Positions 29,337-38,313 of a stretch of DNA of 42,766 nucleotides are shown piece after piece. This stretch comes from Candidatus Diapherotrites archaeon CG08_land_8_20_14_0_20_34_12. GTDB lineage: Archaea > Iainarchaeota > Iainarchaeia > Iainarchaeales > 0-14-0-20-34-12. The stretch is taken from NCBI GenBank assembly GCA_002779065.1, contig PEXL01000017.1, positions 1 to 42,766 of the forward strand, given 5' to 3'. Below the pieces are notes generated by a model. The model had not been told where the DNA came from. It saw only the letters and a program-made list of their open reading frames with translations, and searched no databases. Each line of letters opens with the position of its first letter. Positions within the stretch are counted from its first letter, which is position 1. The translations under genes and the position numbers were made by a program.

Positions 29337-30851
29337 TTAGAAATAAAAATCAGCATGATGGTTATTGCAAATAGGCATCAAAATGTCTTTTTTCAGGAAG
29401 AAGTCGGGAGTCAAATATTCTCCTTGTATAAAGATTTTATTACAAAATGAGTCGATTGCAATGATTCTTGTTCCTTCTTTTTTCATGATTTCCGACCATT
29501 CTGCAATCAAAGACTGTTGCTTGCTCCTGAATGACTCTGCAATCACTTTTGAATAATACTGGTTCTTTGTATCAAGCAAAAAATTAGGCACTTTATTAAA
29601 GATGGCATTTAACAAATTTGAATATTGTTTCATGAAATAATAATTCAAATCAGATTCCAATAACATCAATGCATTCAATTTATATTGATGCAAGAATATT
29701 TTTTCATAGGATTCAATATTTGAATTTATTTTTTCTGATTTTGAGGATATCATTTCTATCGCATTGCTCAAAAATGATTTTTCATTTCTGCAAGACCAGT
29801 GTAACTCATTATTATTGGGTAAAATTTCAGCAAATCCTTCTTTCTGCAAGATTTTTGCATCTTCAATTGGGATTTTATAAGAATCGCCAAAGAAGAATGG
29901 CCCTATTGGGATATTTTTTGTCAAGAATTCTGCTTTTCTTGCCAATCTTCTTTCCTTATTTGAATTTCCAAGGTGGAATTTGTTTGAAAAATCTGAAAAC
30001 CTTGAATCATAGTAAAAAGCATCCGATAAAAAACGTACAGAAACTAGTGAATTTGGAAAAATATTCCCAGAATAAATATTTTCAGGGATGCAGCAAGCAC
30101 AATTATTTGTTTCTGAACCGATATTTTCTTTTATAATAACCTTTGGCCAAATCTTGGAGAAATCCAATTCCATAAGGTTTTGGAATCTGCCCCTAACCGA
30201 TTCATTTGAGATGAATATATTTGAATTATCTTTAGTGGGAAATATTTTTTCCTGCAAAAATAAGCTATTTTGGATTAGCATTTCAAGTTGATGCCTTTTT
30301 TTCAGTGGAACTTTCTGAAAGGGAATTGCAAGGAGATTGGAAAGCAGCAAGCAATTTGTTAATTGTTTTGCTGCCTTCTTATCCTCAGAACGCAGATTGG
30401 TTATGAGAGAATCCAGAGGGCTCTCAAAAAACTCTAGGAGAAGCAAGGGAAACGAAAACATATTTTGTTTATTAGGAATATCTGCATCCAAAGTAAATAG
30501 ATCAAAATAACTCCATCCATTAAGGAGTAAGAATTGCCTTTCTGGTTCAAGCATAAAGGTTTCTTTCTTGGCAAAATAACATCGCAATTCTTTTAATTTA
30601 GAATAATTCTTGCCAATAACCTTTATATTTTTTTTATTTTGTAAAAGTTTGAATGAATTAATTCCTAAAAGATTGATTTTTTCATCAAGAAGTTTTTCAT
30701 TTGAATCAGATTTGTGAATGAATAAAACTGGGTAAAAATCATAATTTTTAGTTATTTTGGTTTCTCTGTTTGAAAATTCAACTGTTATTCTTCTTTTTTC
30801 ATTTAAGTATGTTGCGTTGCTTAACCAAAGTGTGCCGGGTGTGGAAGACAT
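29337..30851 (-). CDS. Truncated, apparently inactivated family-B DNA polymerase-like protein
   Basis: By eye: a PolB N-terminal-like DFYPVLFI; a motif-B-like KLNALMLLESDLNYYF (compare KLLANSFYGYYG); and a motif-C region AESFRSKQQSLIAEWSEIMKKEGTRIIAIDSFCNKIFIQG (compare AESVTAWGR...VLYIDTDGLYATIPG) in which DTD is replaced by DSF. Confidence 0.45.
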   Translation of the reverse strand: MSSTPGTLWLSNATYLNEKRRITVEFSNRETKITKNYDFYPVLFIHKSDSNEKLLDEKINLLGINSFKLLQNKKNIKVIGKNYSKLKELRCYFAKKETFMLEPERQFLLLNGWSYFDLFTLDADIPNKQNMFSFPLLLLEFFESPLDSLITNLRSEDKKAAKQLTNCLLLSNLLAIPFQKVPLKKRHQLEMLIQNSLFLQEKIFPTKDNSNIFISNESVRGRFQNLMELDFSKIWPKVIIKENIGSETNNCACCIPENIYSGNIFPNSLVSVRFLSDAFYYDSRFSDFSNKFHLGNSNKERRLARKAEFLTKNIPIGPFFFGDSYKIPIEDAKILQKEGFAEILPNNNELHWSCRNEKSFLSNAIEMISSKSEKINSNIESYEKIFLHQYKLNALMLLESDLNYYFMKQYSNLLNAIFNKVPNFLLDTKNQYYSKVIAESFRSKQQSLIAEWSEIMKKEGTRIIAIDSFCNKIFIQGEYLTPDFFLKKDILMPICNNHHADFYF

Positions 30852-30872
30852 ACTAAAACTGCAGTTTTAAAG

Positions 30873-30939
30873 TATTTAAAGAAAAGCAAAGAGAGTGGAT
30901 TTCCGGTGAAATTTCTAAAGCTAAGTGATTTCCGCTGAA
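30873..30939 (-). promoter_or_regulatory. Promoter of the PolB-like gene: TATA (30873-30880), motif copy 2a (30893-30910) and a tandem degenerate copy 2b (30924-30939)
   Basis: Plus strand reads GAGTGGATTTCCGGTGAA and AGTGATTTCCGCTGAA. The TATA is 21 nt from the ATG, and motif 2a is 12 nt from the TATA. Confidence 0.55.
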
Positions 30940-30945
30940 CACCTT

Positions 30946-31623
30946 TTATTCATAGAGCACTGAATCTGCGTGCTGGCAATATTTTCTATATATAGCATAT
31001 ATTAAAGAAGCGTATTTTATCGGCAAGGCGTCTGCCAGACCATAAATATTCTGCTGCATCTCCATATGTCTTATTCTGCCTTCTTCAGGGATTAATCCTC
31101 TTATTGCCCCAACATCCACGATTGCCCTTGATGCTCTTTCTTGTTGATTTTGTTTTTTGCCCTTAAAATAAATCAACCAGGGCTCAAGAACTTTTCTTCC
31201 TGTATCAATCCACAGTTCATTGTTGTGTAGTATTGCCAGATCTCTAGCTAAACCTGCTGCAATAGAGCGTGCATTTTGAAATGAATCTATCATAGAAGGG
31301 TCTTTAAACAAATCAACTGACATATATACATTATCTTTTGATAAATCCCGCACAAATAAAAAATCATCAGATAGGTGATCAGCCTTGCCCGTCGGAATTC
31401 CCAAATCTCTTAATTTGCCCAGTAAACTCCTATGCCAATCCGGATTTTGGCCTTCGAACTGCTTAGCCAAAAAATATTTTCTTCTTTGTGGGTTCCCCCT
31501 GTGAAATATATCAATCCTAGTGGTATCCATTCCTGGCTGTATGACCCATCCTTTAACAAGCTTTTGCTCTCTTGCCTGTGCTGCTTTTTTTCTATGTGCT
31601 ACGCTTCTTTTTGGCCAAGGCAT
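30946..31623 (-). CDS. Uncharacterised Arg-rich protein, paralogue of 35407-36051 (family A)
   Basis: Shares IPT.K, LF.RDLSK, DL..DP, ARDLAI.HNN, EPWL.YF and ASRAI.DVGAI with the 214-aa paralogue. Lies 41 nt downstream of herA. Confidence 0.6.
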   Translation of the reverse strand: MPWPKRSVAHRKKAAQAREQKLVKGWVIQPGMDTTRIDIFHRGNPQRRKYFLAKQFEGQNPDWHRSLLGKLRDLGIPTGKADHLSDDFLFVRDLSKDNVYMSVDLFKDPSMIDSFQNARSIAAGLARDLAILHNNELWIDTGRKVLEPWLIYFKGKKQNQQERASRAIVDVGAIRGLIPEEGRIRHMEMQQNIYGLADALPIKYASLIYAIYRKYCQHADSVLYE

Positions 31624-31664
31624 ACTAATAATTTGGACAAATATTTAATATTACTTACCGAAGA

Positions 31665-34600
31665 CTATGGGAGAAATTCTGCTGTTTCTTCCCTTGTTTT
31701 GTCTGCAGATTGCTCAAATTTCAGGGCTGCATCTTCCAAGGAAATTTCGTGCTTGCTTGGCATTGATTTTCTGTACCTTACCTTAAAAAATAATGGATAG
31801 CCTGTTGCTTCTCCAACAAGTAGGGCTTCCCCTACCTGCAATGAATTTATTATGCCAAAGCTTCTTTGGTCAATTCCTTCTGAAGATTCTGCTATATGCT
31901 TCAGATCATTTGGATTTGTAATACGCAGAATCATATGGGTTGAGCATTGTGATAGTGTTGTTGTATCTAATTGAACTGGCCTTTGGGAGATAATACAAAG
32001 AGACATACCAAACTTTCTTCCTTCCCTTGCAATTGTCCTTAAAATAGAACGGGAGATTGCTGATTCTTCTGAAACATGTTCAGGACACCACTGGTGTGCT
32101 TCCTCTGCAATTAAAAGGGTTGGAGGAATTACATTGGATTTCCTTTCATCAAACAGCTTGTTTGCAAAATAACTTACTATCATCTGCTTTTTTTTCATAT
32201 TAACTACATCTGAGAAATCAATTATTGTTAAAGTTCCTGGCTTAATTAATTCGGAAATTGCGGGCATATCTGTCCTTGCAAATAAATTGTAGGACATTAA
32301 ATCATCAATCCAGCCAAGTAAGGGGAATTTTGAATTCTGTTTTATATTATTATCTTTTAGGATTGCATCCTTTACATGTGACCAATCAAAAGGGCCTAAT
32401 CCTTTCCGCATATCCTCTTTCAAACAAGATAAAATTCTGCTCAGATCTCTTTTCTGCGGTGCGGTCAAACCAGGAATAATTCCTGCTAACATATGAACAC
32501 TCATTTTAGGAACAGCAATTCTGATATTTTGTGCTTTGATGATTTTTGTTCTGTCAGAAAAATCCTCATATTTGCCATCTTTCACTGGCTGGGCAAAGCT
32601 TGAATACTCGCCATGAGGGTCCAAAACCACTATTGCAATTCTGCCTTTTTGCTTTGGCCTATTAAGGAGTTCTTCAATTAGGCAAGCTGTGGAAAAACTA
32701 TTGTGAATAATCAAGTTATTTGCAACAAAATTGTGCTCTTCCACACACAAATCATAAACATACTTTTTGTCATAATCAACCTCTTCAACAGATTTAATCG
32801 CATCAAAAAACAAGCCATCAGAAACAAGAGTATGTAAAAAATCGAGTTTCTCCCTGATTTCGGGCAATTGCTTTTCTTTATCTATTGAAATAATAAAAAG
32901 ATTGTATAAAACCTTGTAAATATTTGAATATTTTATTGTATTTAGGGGATTATAAGAATAGCCATCCAAATATTGACCCCTAAATCCACTTCTGCAGCAT
33001 AATTCTCCTATCTCATAGCCAAGATTTTTGCACAAAACTCTAATTTGATTGGCTATTTGCTTAAAATCTAAATTAGTTATTGTATCTATCCCTAAATCTG
33101 ATTCATTTTCTAAAGCCAGAACATTTTTGGCCAAATAAAAGGTGTTTATAGTTGGTTCTGTTAAACCCCTTACTACTCTTCTTGCAGTAGTGTTTGAAAC
33201 CTTTGTATTCTTGGCAATTTTGTTAAAATCATATTTAGAATAGGCATTCACAAGTATTTGCTTTGCATCTTCTTCTGTCAAGTTAGGCATAACATAAAAT
33301 AATTTTTTTGTTTGGGTTATTGCGCTATGAATGTTCGCATAATTATGCTCAAATTCAGCTAGTAAAGATCTTAATGAAATAGGAGTCGGATCATCATGCC
33401 TTTCATTTAGTGACAAATAATTGGCAATATTGACAAATTGGTTTTGGGTTAAATTGAGCTTATTTTTTAGGAAACCTAAGGTATGTTTAATGTTGGGAAT
33501 TACCCTAACGTTTGAATTTGATTTTTTTAGAGAACATTCCTTGAGCGCTTTTGCTTTATAATCTATTAAAAGAGTTAATTCATTATTTAATATGTTTAAA
33601 TAATCTGCACCTCCTAAAAATAATCTGCCATATTGTTTGCCCTTAACTGTTTTTATCTTTCTTATTGGGTTTAATTTAAAGCGCAAAACTATTTGCTCTA
33701 TGTTGTCTAACATTTGCTTGCTGGCAAGGGTTATCTCAATATGTGATTTCTTGGAACAAACATAACCATCACAATCAATAAATGCACTCAAAAAAGCAGC
33801 CAAAACTGATTTTTTACTTAATAGAATTTCCTTGGGCACATATTTGGTCCAACTTGAATTAGTAAAACCTAGCTTAAACAAGCTATCTGCTAAAAGCTTG
33901 TTATAAATCCTAAGTTCAATATCCCTCTTTCTGTTAATATTTGCGACAATGCCCAACAGTTTTGCCAGGTTACTAAAATCGTCCCTAATTAAATTAGAAC
34001 TATTGGTAAAACTAATAGTTTGACCTCCGTTATGTCCTTCTGCTAACAAATAGGCCATGAACCTTGCAAAATTTTCATCAACCATAATCTTTGCAGGAAT
34101 TCTAGAAGACCGTACTTTTAATGTTTTTATTTTAGAGCATATCTCCAAAAAATTCATATCTAATTTGTCACAAATTAATTTAAGATTATTTAGAGAAACT
34201 CCAGGGTAGGATAATAAATATTGCAGTTTTCTTGATGGCATATTAACAATTCTAGAGAACTCCTTCATTGAATATTTTTCAAAGAGTTTTGACTTTAATT
34301 CAGCTAAAATGGATTTATCATCAACCCTGACCTTAGTAGAATTCTCCCATAATTGTACAAAATCAATTATTTGTTCCGAACCCGCTATTTGAGGCATTGC
34401 CGTAATTAGATAATCTTTTTTAGCAAGATTTTTAGCTTGAACCCAGTTTATTTGCTCATTTAGAATAGGTATTGGGTGTTCTGGAGTAACTAATAATTGT
34501 TTGCCTGTTCTTGTTTTGATTTTGAACATTTTTTTAGGGGCTTTCCTGCGCATAAATGCCTTAATTTCAGAAGCTATTGGTTGATTATTTTCATCCAATG

Positions 34601-35261
34601 AAATTACTTTCAAATTATTTGGGTTAATATCACACAATTCAACATTGTCTTCAATTACTTTTTTATTTTCCAAATGCTTGTCGACAAGCTCGCCAAGCTT
34701 TACTGTGTCACCATTACCCAACAATATTTCAAGATTATAATCTCCGCATTTTCCGGAACCAGACATTGCCATAATTGCAAGGTGTTTTTTTAACATGCGA
34801 GTCATATTCAATTTTACTGGAAGATCATGATGTTCAACATTGCCTAAATGCATTCCAGATTCATCAAAATGGAAGAATTTCTTCAGTTTTTCATTGTCTG
34901 CAATCCTTACCTTTGAACCAGGACTTGGGGGGAAACTTGGCCTGTAAAAATTATCGCCGGAATAAACACCTAAAGGTTTTGTGTTTGCTACAAGATATTC
35001 CCATTCATGCACAGGGAATTGCTCAAACAACGCTTGGCCCTTTGATTCAAATTCCTTTACTGAATCAGCCCTTTCAAAATATTTATTAGTTCTAAAAACA
35101 TCCATTACCAATGCAATAAAATTCCCACTTGCATTTTCGATCTCAACAAATTGCCCTCTATGTATCAAACCGGAGGTAACAACAAAATCTGCAGTGCTAG
35201 GGCTTGGAGAATTAATTGCAGATATAACTGTTCCAACTGTTTGTGCATTCTTTGCGACCAT
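31665..35261 (-). CDS. herA: HerA hexameric DNA translocase/helicase, interrupted by an intein in the Walker A motif
   Basis: Exteins give a P-loop GSGK|S, Walker B LLIAEEAHQW, and ISQRPVQLDTTTLSQCSTHMILRITNPND. The spliced product would be 515 aa. Confidence 0.85.
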   Translation of the reverse strand: MVAKNAQTVGTVISAINSPSPSTADFVVTSGLIHRGQFVEIENASGNFIALVMDVFRTNKYFERADSVKEFESKGQALFEQFPVHEWEYLVANTKPLGVYSGDNFYRPSFPPSPGSKVRIADNEKLKKFFHFDESGMHLGNVEHHDLPVKLNMTRMLKKHLAIMAMSGSGKCGDYNLEILLGNGDTVKLGELVDKHLENKKVIEDNVELCDINPNNLKVISLDENNQPIASEIKAFMRRKAPKKMFKIKTRTGKQLLVTPEHPIPILNEQINWVQAKNLAKKDYLITAMPQIAGSEQIIDFVQLWENSTKVRVDDKSILAELKSKLFEKYSMKEFSRIVNMPSRKLQYLLSYPGVSLNNLKLICDKLDMNFLEICSKIKTLKVRSSRIPAKIMVDENFARFMAYLLAEGHNGGQTISFTNSSNLIRDDFSNLAKLLGIVANINRKRDIELRIYNKLLADSLFKLGFTNSSWTKYVPKEILLSKKSVLAAFLSAFIDCDGYVCSKKSHIEITLASKQMLDNIEQIVLRFKLNPIRKIKTVKGKQYGRLFLGGADYLNILNNELTLLIDYKAKALKECSLKKSNSNVRVIPNIKHTLGFLKNKLNLTQNQFVNIANYLSLNERHDDPTPISLRSLLAEFEHNYANIHSAITQTKKLFYVMPNLTEEDAKQILVNAYSKYDFNKIAKNTKVSNTTARRVVRGLTEPTINTFYLAKNVLALENESDLGIDTITNLDFKQIANQIRVLCKNLGYEIGELCCRSGFRGQYLDGYSYNPLNTIKYSNIYKVLYNLFIISIDKEKQLPEIREKLDFLHTLVSDGLFFDAIKSVEEVDYDKKYVYDLCVEEHNFVANNLIIHNSFSTACLIEELLNRPKQKGRIAIVVLDPHGEYSSFAQPVKDGKYEDFSDRTKIIKAQNIRIAVPKMSVHMLAGIIPGLTAPQKRDLSRILSCLKEDMRKGLGPFDWSHVKDAILKDNNIKQNSKFPLLGWIDDLMSYNLFARTDMPAISELIKPGTLTIIDFSDVVNMKKKQMIVSYFANKLFDERKSNVIPPTLLIAEEAHQWCPEHVSEESAISRSILRTIAREGRKFGMSLCIISQRPVQLDTTTLSQCSTHMILRITNPNDLKHIAESSEGIDQRSFGIINSLQVGEALLVGEATGYPLFFKVRYRKSMPSKHEISLEDAALKFEQSADKTREETAEFLP
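32700..34748 (-). mobile_element. 683-aa intein with a LAGLIDADG homing-endonuclease domain
   Basis: Cys1 directly follows MSGSGK (CGDYNLEILL). The C-terminus is NNLIIHN with +1 Ser restoring GKS. LAGLIDADG blocks are FMAYLLAEGHNG and FLSAFIDCDGYV. Hint block B is LLVTPEHP. Confidence 0.85.
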
Positions 35262-35282
35262 AATTAACTAAACAAAAAGTTG

Positions 35283-35318
35283 TTTATAAAGGATTGCGAA
35301 GAGTAGATTTCCGCTGAA
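35283..35318 (-). promoter_or_regulatory. herA promoter: TATA (35283-35290) plus motif copy 3 (35301-35318)
   Basis: Plus strand reads GAGTAGATTTCCGCTGAA. The motif is 10 nt from TTTATAAA, which is 21 nt from the herA ATG. Confidence 0.55.
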
Positions 35319-35324
35319 TGGCCC

Positions 35325-35400
35325 CTTTCTTTTCTTAAAAAGAAAAGAAAGACCCCAGGGTTCAAAGAAAAGAAGGAAAATTTTGCAAGAAAAAAGAAGG
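35325..35400 (+). repeat. Y-hairpin-R plus mirror-R element, copy B (with a third purine tract)
   Basis: CTTTCTTTTCTT-aaa-AAGAAAAGAAAG, linker ACCCCAGGGTTC, AAAGAAAAGAAGG, AAAATTTTGC, then AAGAAAAAAGAAGG. Confidence 0.7.
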
Positions 35401-35406
35401 ATAAAA

Positions 35407-36051
35407 TTATTTTCTATATTTTTTATACGTAGCTTCTATCTGACTTCGATAATCTGGGAAGTGTTCAGTTAATCTGAACAAATTAGGCCTCATCGGATCA
35501 GAATCAAAATCAGCATATGCCTTGCGGCTGTAATAGATTGCACCAACATCAGTTATTGCCCTTGATGCGATATGCGCTGATTCGTGTTTTGGGCTCCGGA
35601 AATAAAGCAACCAAGGTTCTGTAACACTCCTGCCTTTAAGTATAAATAATCCGTTATTATGCATTATTGCCAAATCCCTTGCAATGCCTTTTATTAATGA
35701 TTCGGCATTCACACACCCTTGAATAATATCAGGATCGAAATGTAAATCCAAAGCAATTGTTCTGCCGCCTTTTGACAAATCCCTTGCGAAAAGATATTTT
35801 CTTTCTGAAATTCCCTCCACCTTGGCAGTTGGAATTTTTAATTTCCGCAATCTGGAAAAGATGGCTTTATGCCTTCTGGCAACAGCACTTTCAGAAGCAG
35901 AAGTATGCTGAAAAAATCTTTTTCGTAAAAGATGTTTCTTGCGATAACCTCTGCCTGAAGCAAATGCAAGAACCTCTATGGCATCCCTTCCACTATTCCT
36001 TGAACCTGTCTGCCTTGCTTTGGCAAACCTTATTCTGTTTGGCTTAGGCAT
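35407..36051 (-). CDS. Uncharacterised Arg-rich protein, paralogue of 30946-31623 (family A)
   Basis: See the paralogue entry. The N-terminus MPKPNRIRFAKARQ is basic. Confidence 0.6.
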   Translation of the reverse strand: MPKPNRIRFAKARQTGSRNSGRDAIEVLAFASGRGYRKKHLLRKRFFQHTSASESAVARRHKAIFSRLRKLKIPTAKVEGISERKYLFARDLSKGGRTIALDLHFDPDIIQGCVNAESLIKGIARDLAIMHNNGLFILKGRSVTEPWLLYFRSPKHESAHIASRAITDVGAIYYSRKAYADFDSDPMRPNLFRLTEHFPDYRSQIEATYKKYRK

Positions 36052-36107
36052 ACCTGAATTATGCAGGCATTAGATTTTATCTTTTGCTGATAAATAGCAC
36101 ATTACTT

Positions 36108-36536
36108 TTAGAGTTCATTCTTGCAGATAAATACAAGCAGCTCAACAAGCACCTGATTCATTGAATAAGCAAACAGGCCAATTGCGCCAAAAAAGAAAAG
36201 ATCTGTAGGGGTTGGGGTTAATTTGAACTGGGCAAGCATTGCAAATGTTGCAGTATATATTGCAACAAGCAAAATGGCAATATTTATTGCATGCCTCTTG
36301 AAATTCCAGCGTTCAAGCCTAACTGTTCTGCCAAGCAAAGCTTCAATTGCAGGCCTTGCTGCCAAGAGCCAGGCTGCAAAAAAGAGGATTGCATTTACAA
36401 AAAAAGGAATATAGGAAAATTCTTGGCTTGGTGTTTCAGGAACGCTTGCAACAAGGTAAGCAAGCCAATATGCAATAAGCGTTCCAAATAATAAAGTGAT
36501 TTTTATAAAACCAAAAATTATTTTCATTGCATCCAT
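36108..36536 (-). CDS. Small integral membrane protein (about 4 TM helices)
   Basis: Hydrophobic profile. No family recognised. Confidence 0.5.
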   Translation of the reverse strand: MDAMKIIFGFIKITLLFGTLIAYWLAYLVASVPETPSQEFSYIPFFVNAILFFAAWLLAARPAIEALLGRTVRLERWNFKRHAINIAILLVAIYTATFAMLAQFKLTPTPTDLFFFGAIGLFAYSMNQVLVELLVFICKNEL

Positions 36537-36610
36537 AAAAGAAACCAGATAACATACTTAGAATTAGACATTATTAAAAATAAATGCTAGCTTAAGTTAT
36601 TTGGTCAACT

Positions 36611-37177
36611 ATGCCAAAAAGTCCTAATGCAAGAAGAGGTTGGCATGCTGCAAAGATCGCTTCCTTTAGGGAAGAATTAAAGCGCAGGCCTGTGCAAAAA
36701 AAGGATTACCCAAAGATAATAGAGCATTATAGGGAAAGGATTGATGATTGCTTTGATTCTAATATGGAAACAGATGGCTTGAGTGGCTAGGTAAGGGGTT
36801 ATATTGAATTTGACAAAGGCGTTGACAGAATGTGGCATGATTTTAACCAATTAGGGCTTCGCAATTGGGAATAGCATAGTGTAGTGCCACAGATAAGGGA
36901 AAGGTATTTCGAGCTGAAAGCTCGATTCCTTAATTTAATAAAAGGCGAGGCAAAAGCATATTGTGGATTTATTGCAAAAGACATTTATGAAAGTGCAAGG
37001 CGCGGAAGGCCTTTCACCCTAAGCACATTCCAGGAAGCTGCAAGGAATCAAATAGAGCATGCACTCGAATTGCTACCGGCAACTGAAAGGAATGAGGTAC
37101 TGGAAGCATATGGAAAGGGCATGGGAATAATAGAAGACGCCTTGGGGAAGAAATTAAATGGTTTAAAAAGGCCTTGA
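36611..37177 (+). pseudogene. Single 189-codon reading frame interrupted only by two in-frame TAG codons. It is a pseudogene, three small ORFs, or a read-through gene.
   Basis: Sub-ORFs are 36611-36790 (MPKSPNARRGWHAAK..., 59 aa), 36830-36874, and 36884-37177 (GTG start, 97 aa). TAGs lie at 36788-36790 and 36872-36874, and the final stop is TGA. All three sub-ORFs are in the same frame. Confidence 0.4.
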
Positions 37178-38248
37178 ATCTCTTCGCATTAATCGGAAAT
37201 TAGTGCCTAATTTATCTGCTATTTTATTAAAAATAAATTCAATTTCGTCTGGATTTAAACCTGCCCTTAAATCTGCTTCAATTAGGGGAGAAGGAAATGC
37301 ATATTCCCTGTGCAATGAAGATACTTGATAAATTACTGAAGAAATTTTATCTATAAATTCTGTTAGTTTTTGACTTTTTTCATTGCTTAGGAATTCAATC
37401 CTTAAAGCACGGTCGTATTTTGAGGGTTTTAAATAACAGACATTTACTGCTTTAGAATATTTTTCATTGAAATCTGAAAGAATAGGGTGTTGTTCAATAT
37501 CAACTGTGTAAGGGAAGGCCGCAGTTCTTTCTTTTTCTTTAAGCAAATGATCCAAAAGAACTGAATCATAACAATCATCAAATTTAGATTTATTTTGCTC
37601 GGAAACAAAATTTTGTTGAATTATTTCCCTGAATCTTGAGCCCCGAGAATCTTCAATGCAGCCAATTAAAATTGTGCCATTGTCTTCAGCTGCTTTATAT
37701 AAACTTTCAAATAAAGAAATTACTTTTGAATATGAGCTTGTTACCTTTGAATCCTTCCTTGGCTTGTCCGCATGTTGCGGGATGATTGAACCATCAAGCA
37801 GGCAGTATTCTGGCTTGTGTTTTTCAATTATCTCTTTTGCCAAACTGATCTCTTCAAACAAGCGGTATAAGCTCTTTGAAACAGAACTTTCATCCAATTG
37901 TAAAGCGCCATTAATAAAAATCGGTTTTGGGAATGAAAACATTTCTGGATAATATTCTGCCTTTTCAAGAGTGCTATTTTTATAAGAAAAAAGGACTGAT
38001 GCTGTCCTTATAAAAAGTAAATCAAACGAATATAGATTCTTGCCAACAAAACCGGAATCAACCGCCGCAATTCTTGAATTTAAATGATGTTCAGCTATTG
38101 GAAAAACCAATTGCTCTTCGAGCAAAGGGCTTTTTCCTTCATTTTTTAAATATTTTTTTGGGAGAATTTCCTTAACAGCTTCGCTTCTCTTTGATTCATT
38201 TATTTTTATATTTTCAACTGCTTCTGAAATGATTTTGAGTGGATTCAT
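37163..38248 (-). CDS. nurA: NurA-like 5'-3' nuclease
   Basis: IAAVDSGF and CLLDGSIIPQ resemble NurA catalytic Asp motifs. The size (361 aa) and herA neighbourhood fit. The start is taken at MNPLKII, 24 nt downstream of a TATA. Confidence 0.6.
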   Translation of the reverse strand: MNPLKIISEAVENIKINESKRSEAVKEILPKKYLKNEGKSPLLEEQLVFPIAEHHLNSRIAAVDSGFVGKNLYSFDLLFIRTASVLFSYKNSTLEKAEYYPEMFSFPKPIFINGALQLDESSVSKSLYRLFEEISLAKEIIEKHKPEYCLLDGSIIPQHADKPRKDSKVTSSYSKVISLFESLYKAAEDNGTILIGCIEDSRGSRFREIIQQNFVSEQNKSKFDDCYDSVLLDHLLKEKERTAAFPYTVDIEQHPILSDFNEKYSKAVNVCYLKPSKYDRALRIEFLSNEKSQKLTEFIDKISSVIYQVSSLHREYAFPSPLIEADLRAGLNPDEIEFIFNKIADKLGTNFRLMRRDSRPF

Positions 38249-38272
38249 CTGAAATAAAGTGGAAAAATGAAG

Positions 38273-38308
38273 TATATAAAGAAGTGGAAAGAGTGGATTT
38301 CCGGTGAA
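38273..38308 (-). promoter_or_regulatory. nurA promoter: TATA (38273-38280) plus motif copy 4 (38291-38308)
   Basis: Plus strand reads GAGTGGATTTCCGGTGAA, 10 nt from TTTATATA. Confidence 0.55.
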
Positions 38309-38313
38309 CCCAT

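Noticed and set aside
36788-36874. Genome-wide reassignment of TAG as a sense codon
   Set aside because: TAG is the evident stop of pelota (16054-16056) and cca (25530-25532), whose C-termini look complete. Only local read-through or pseudogenisation remains plausible.
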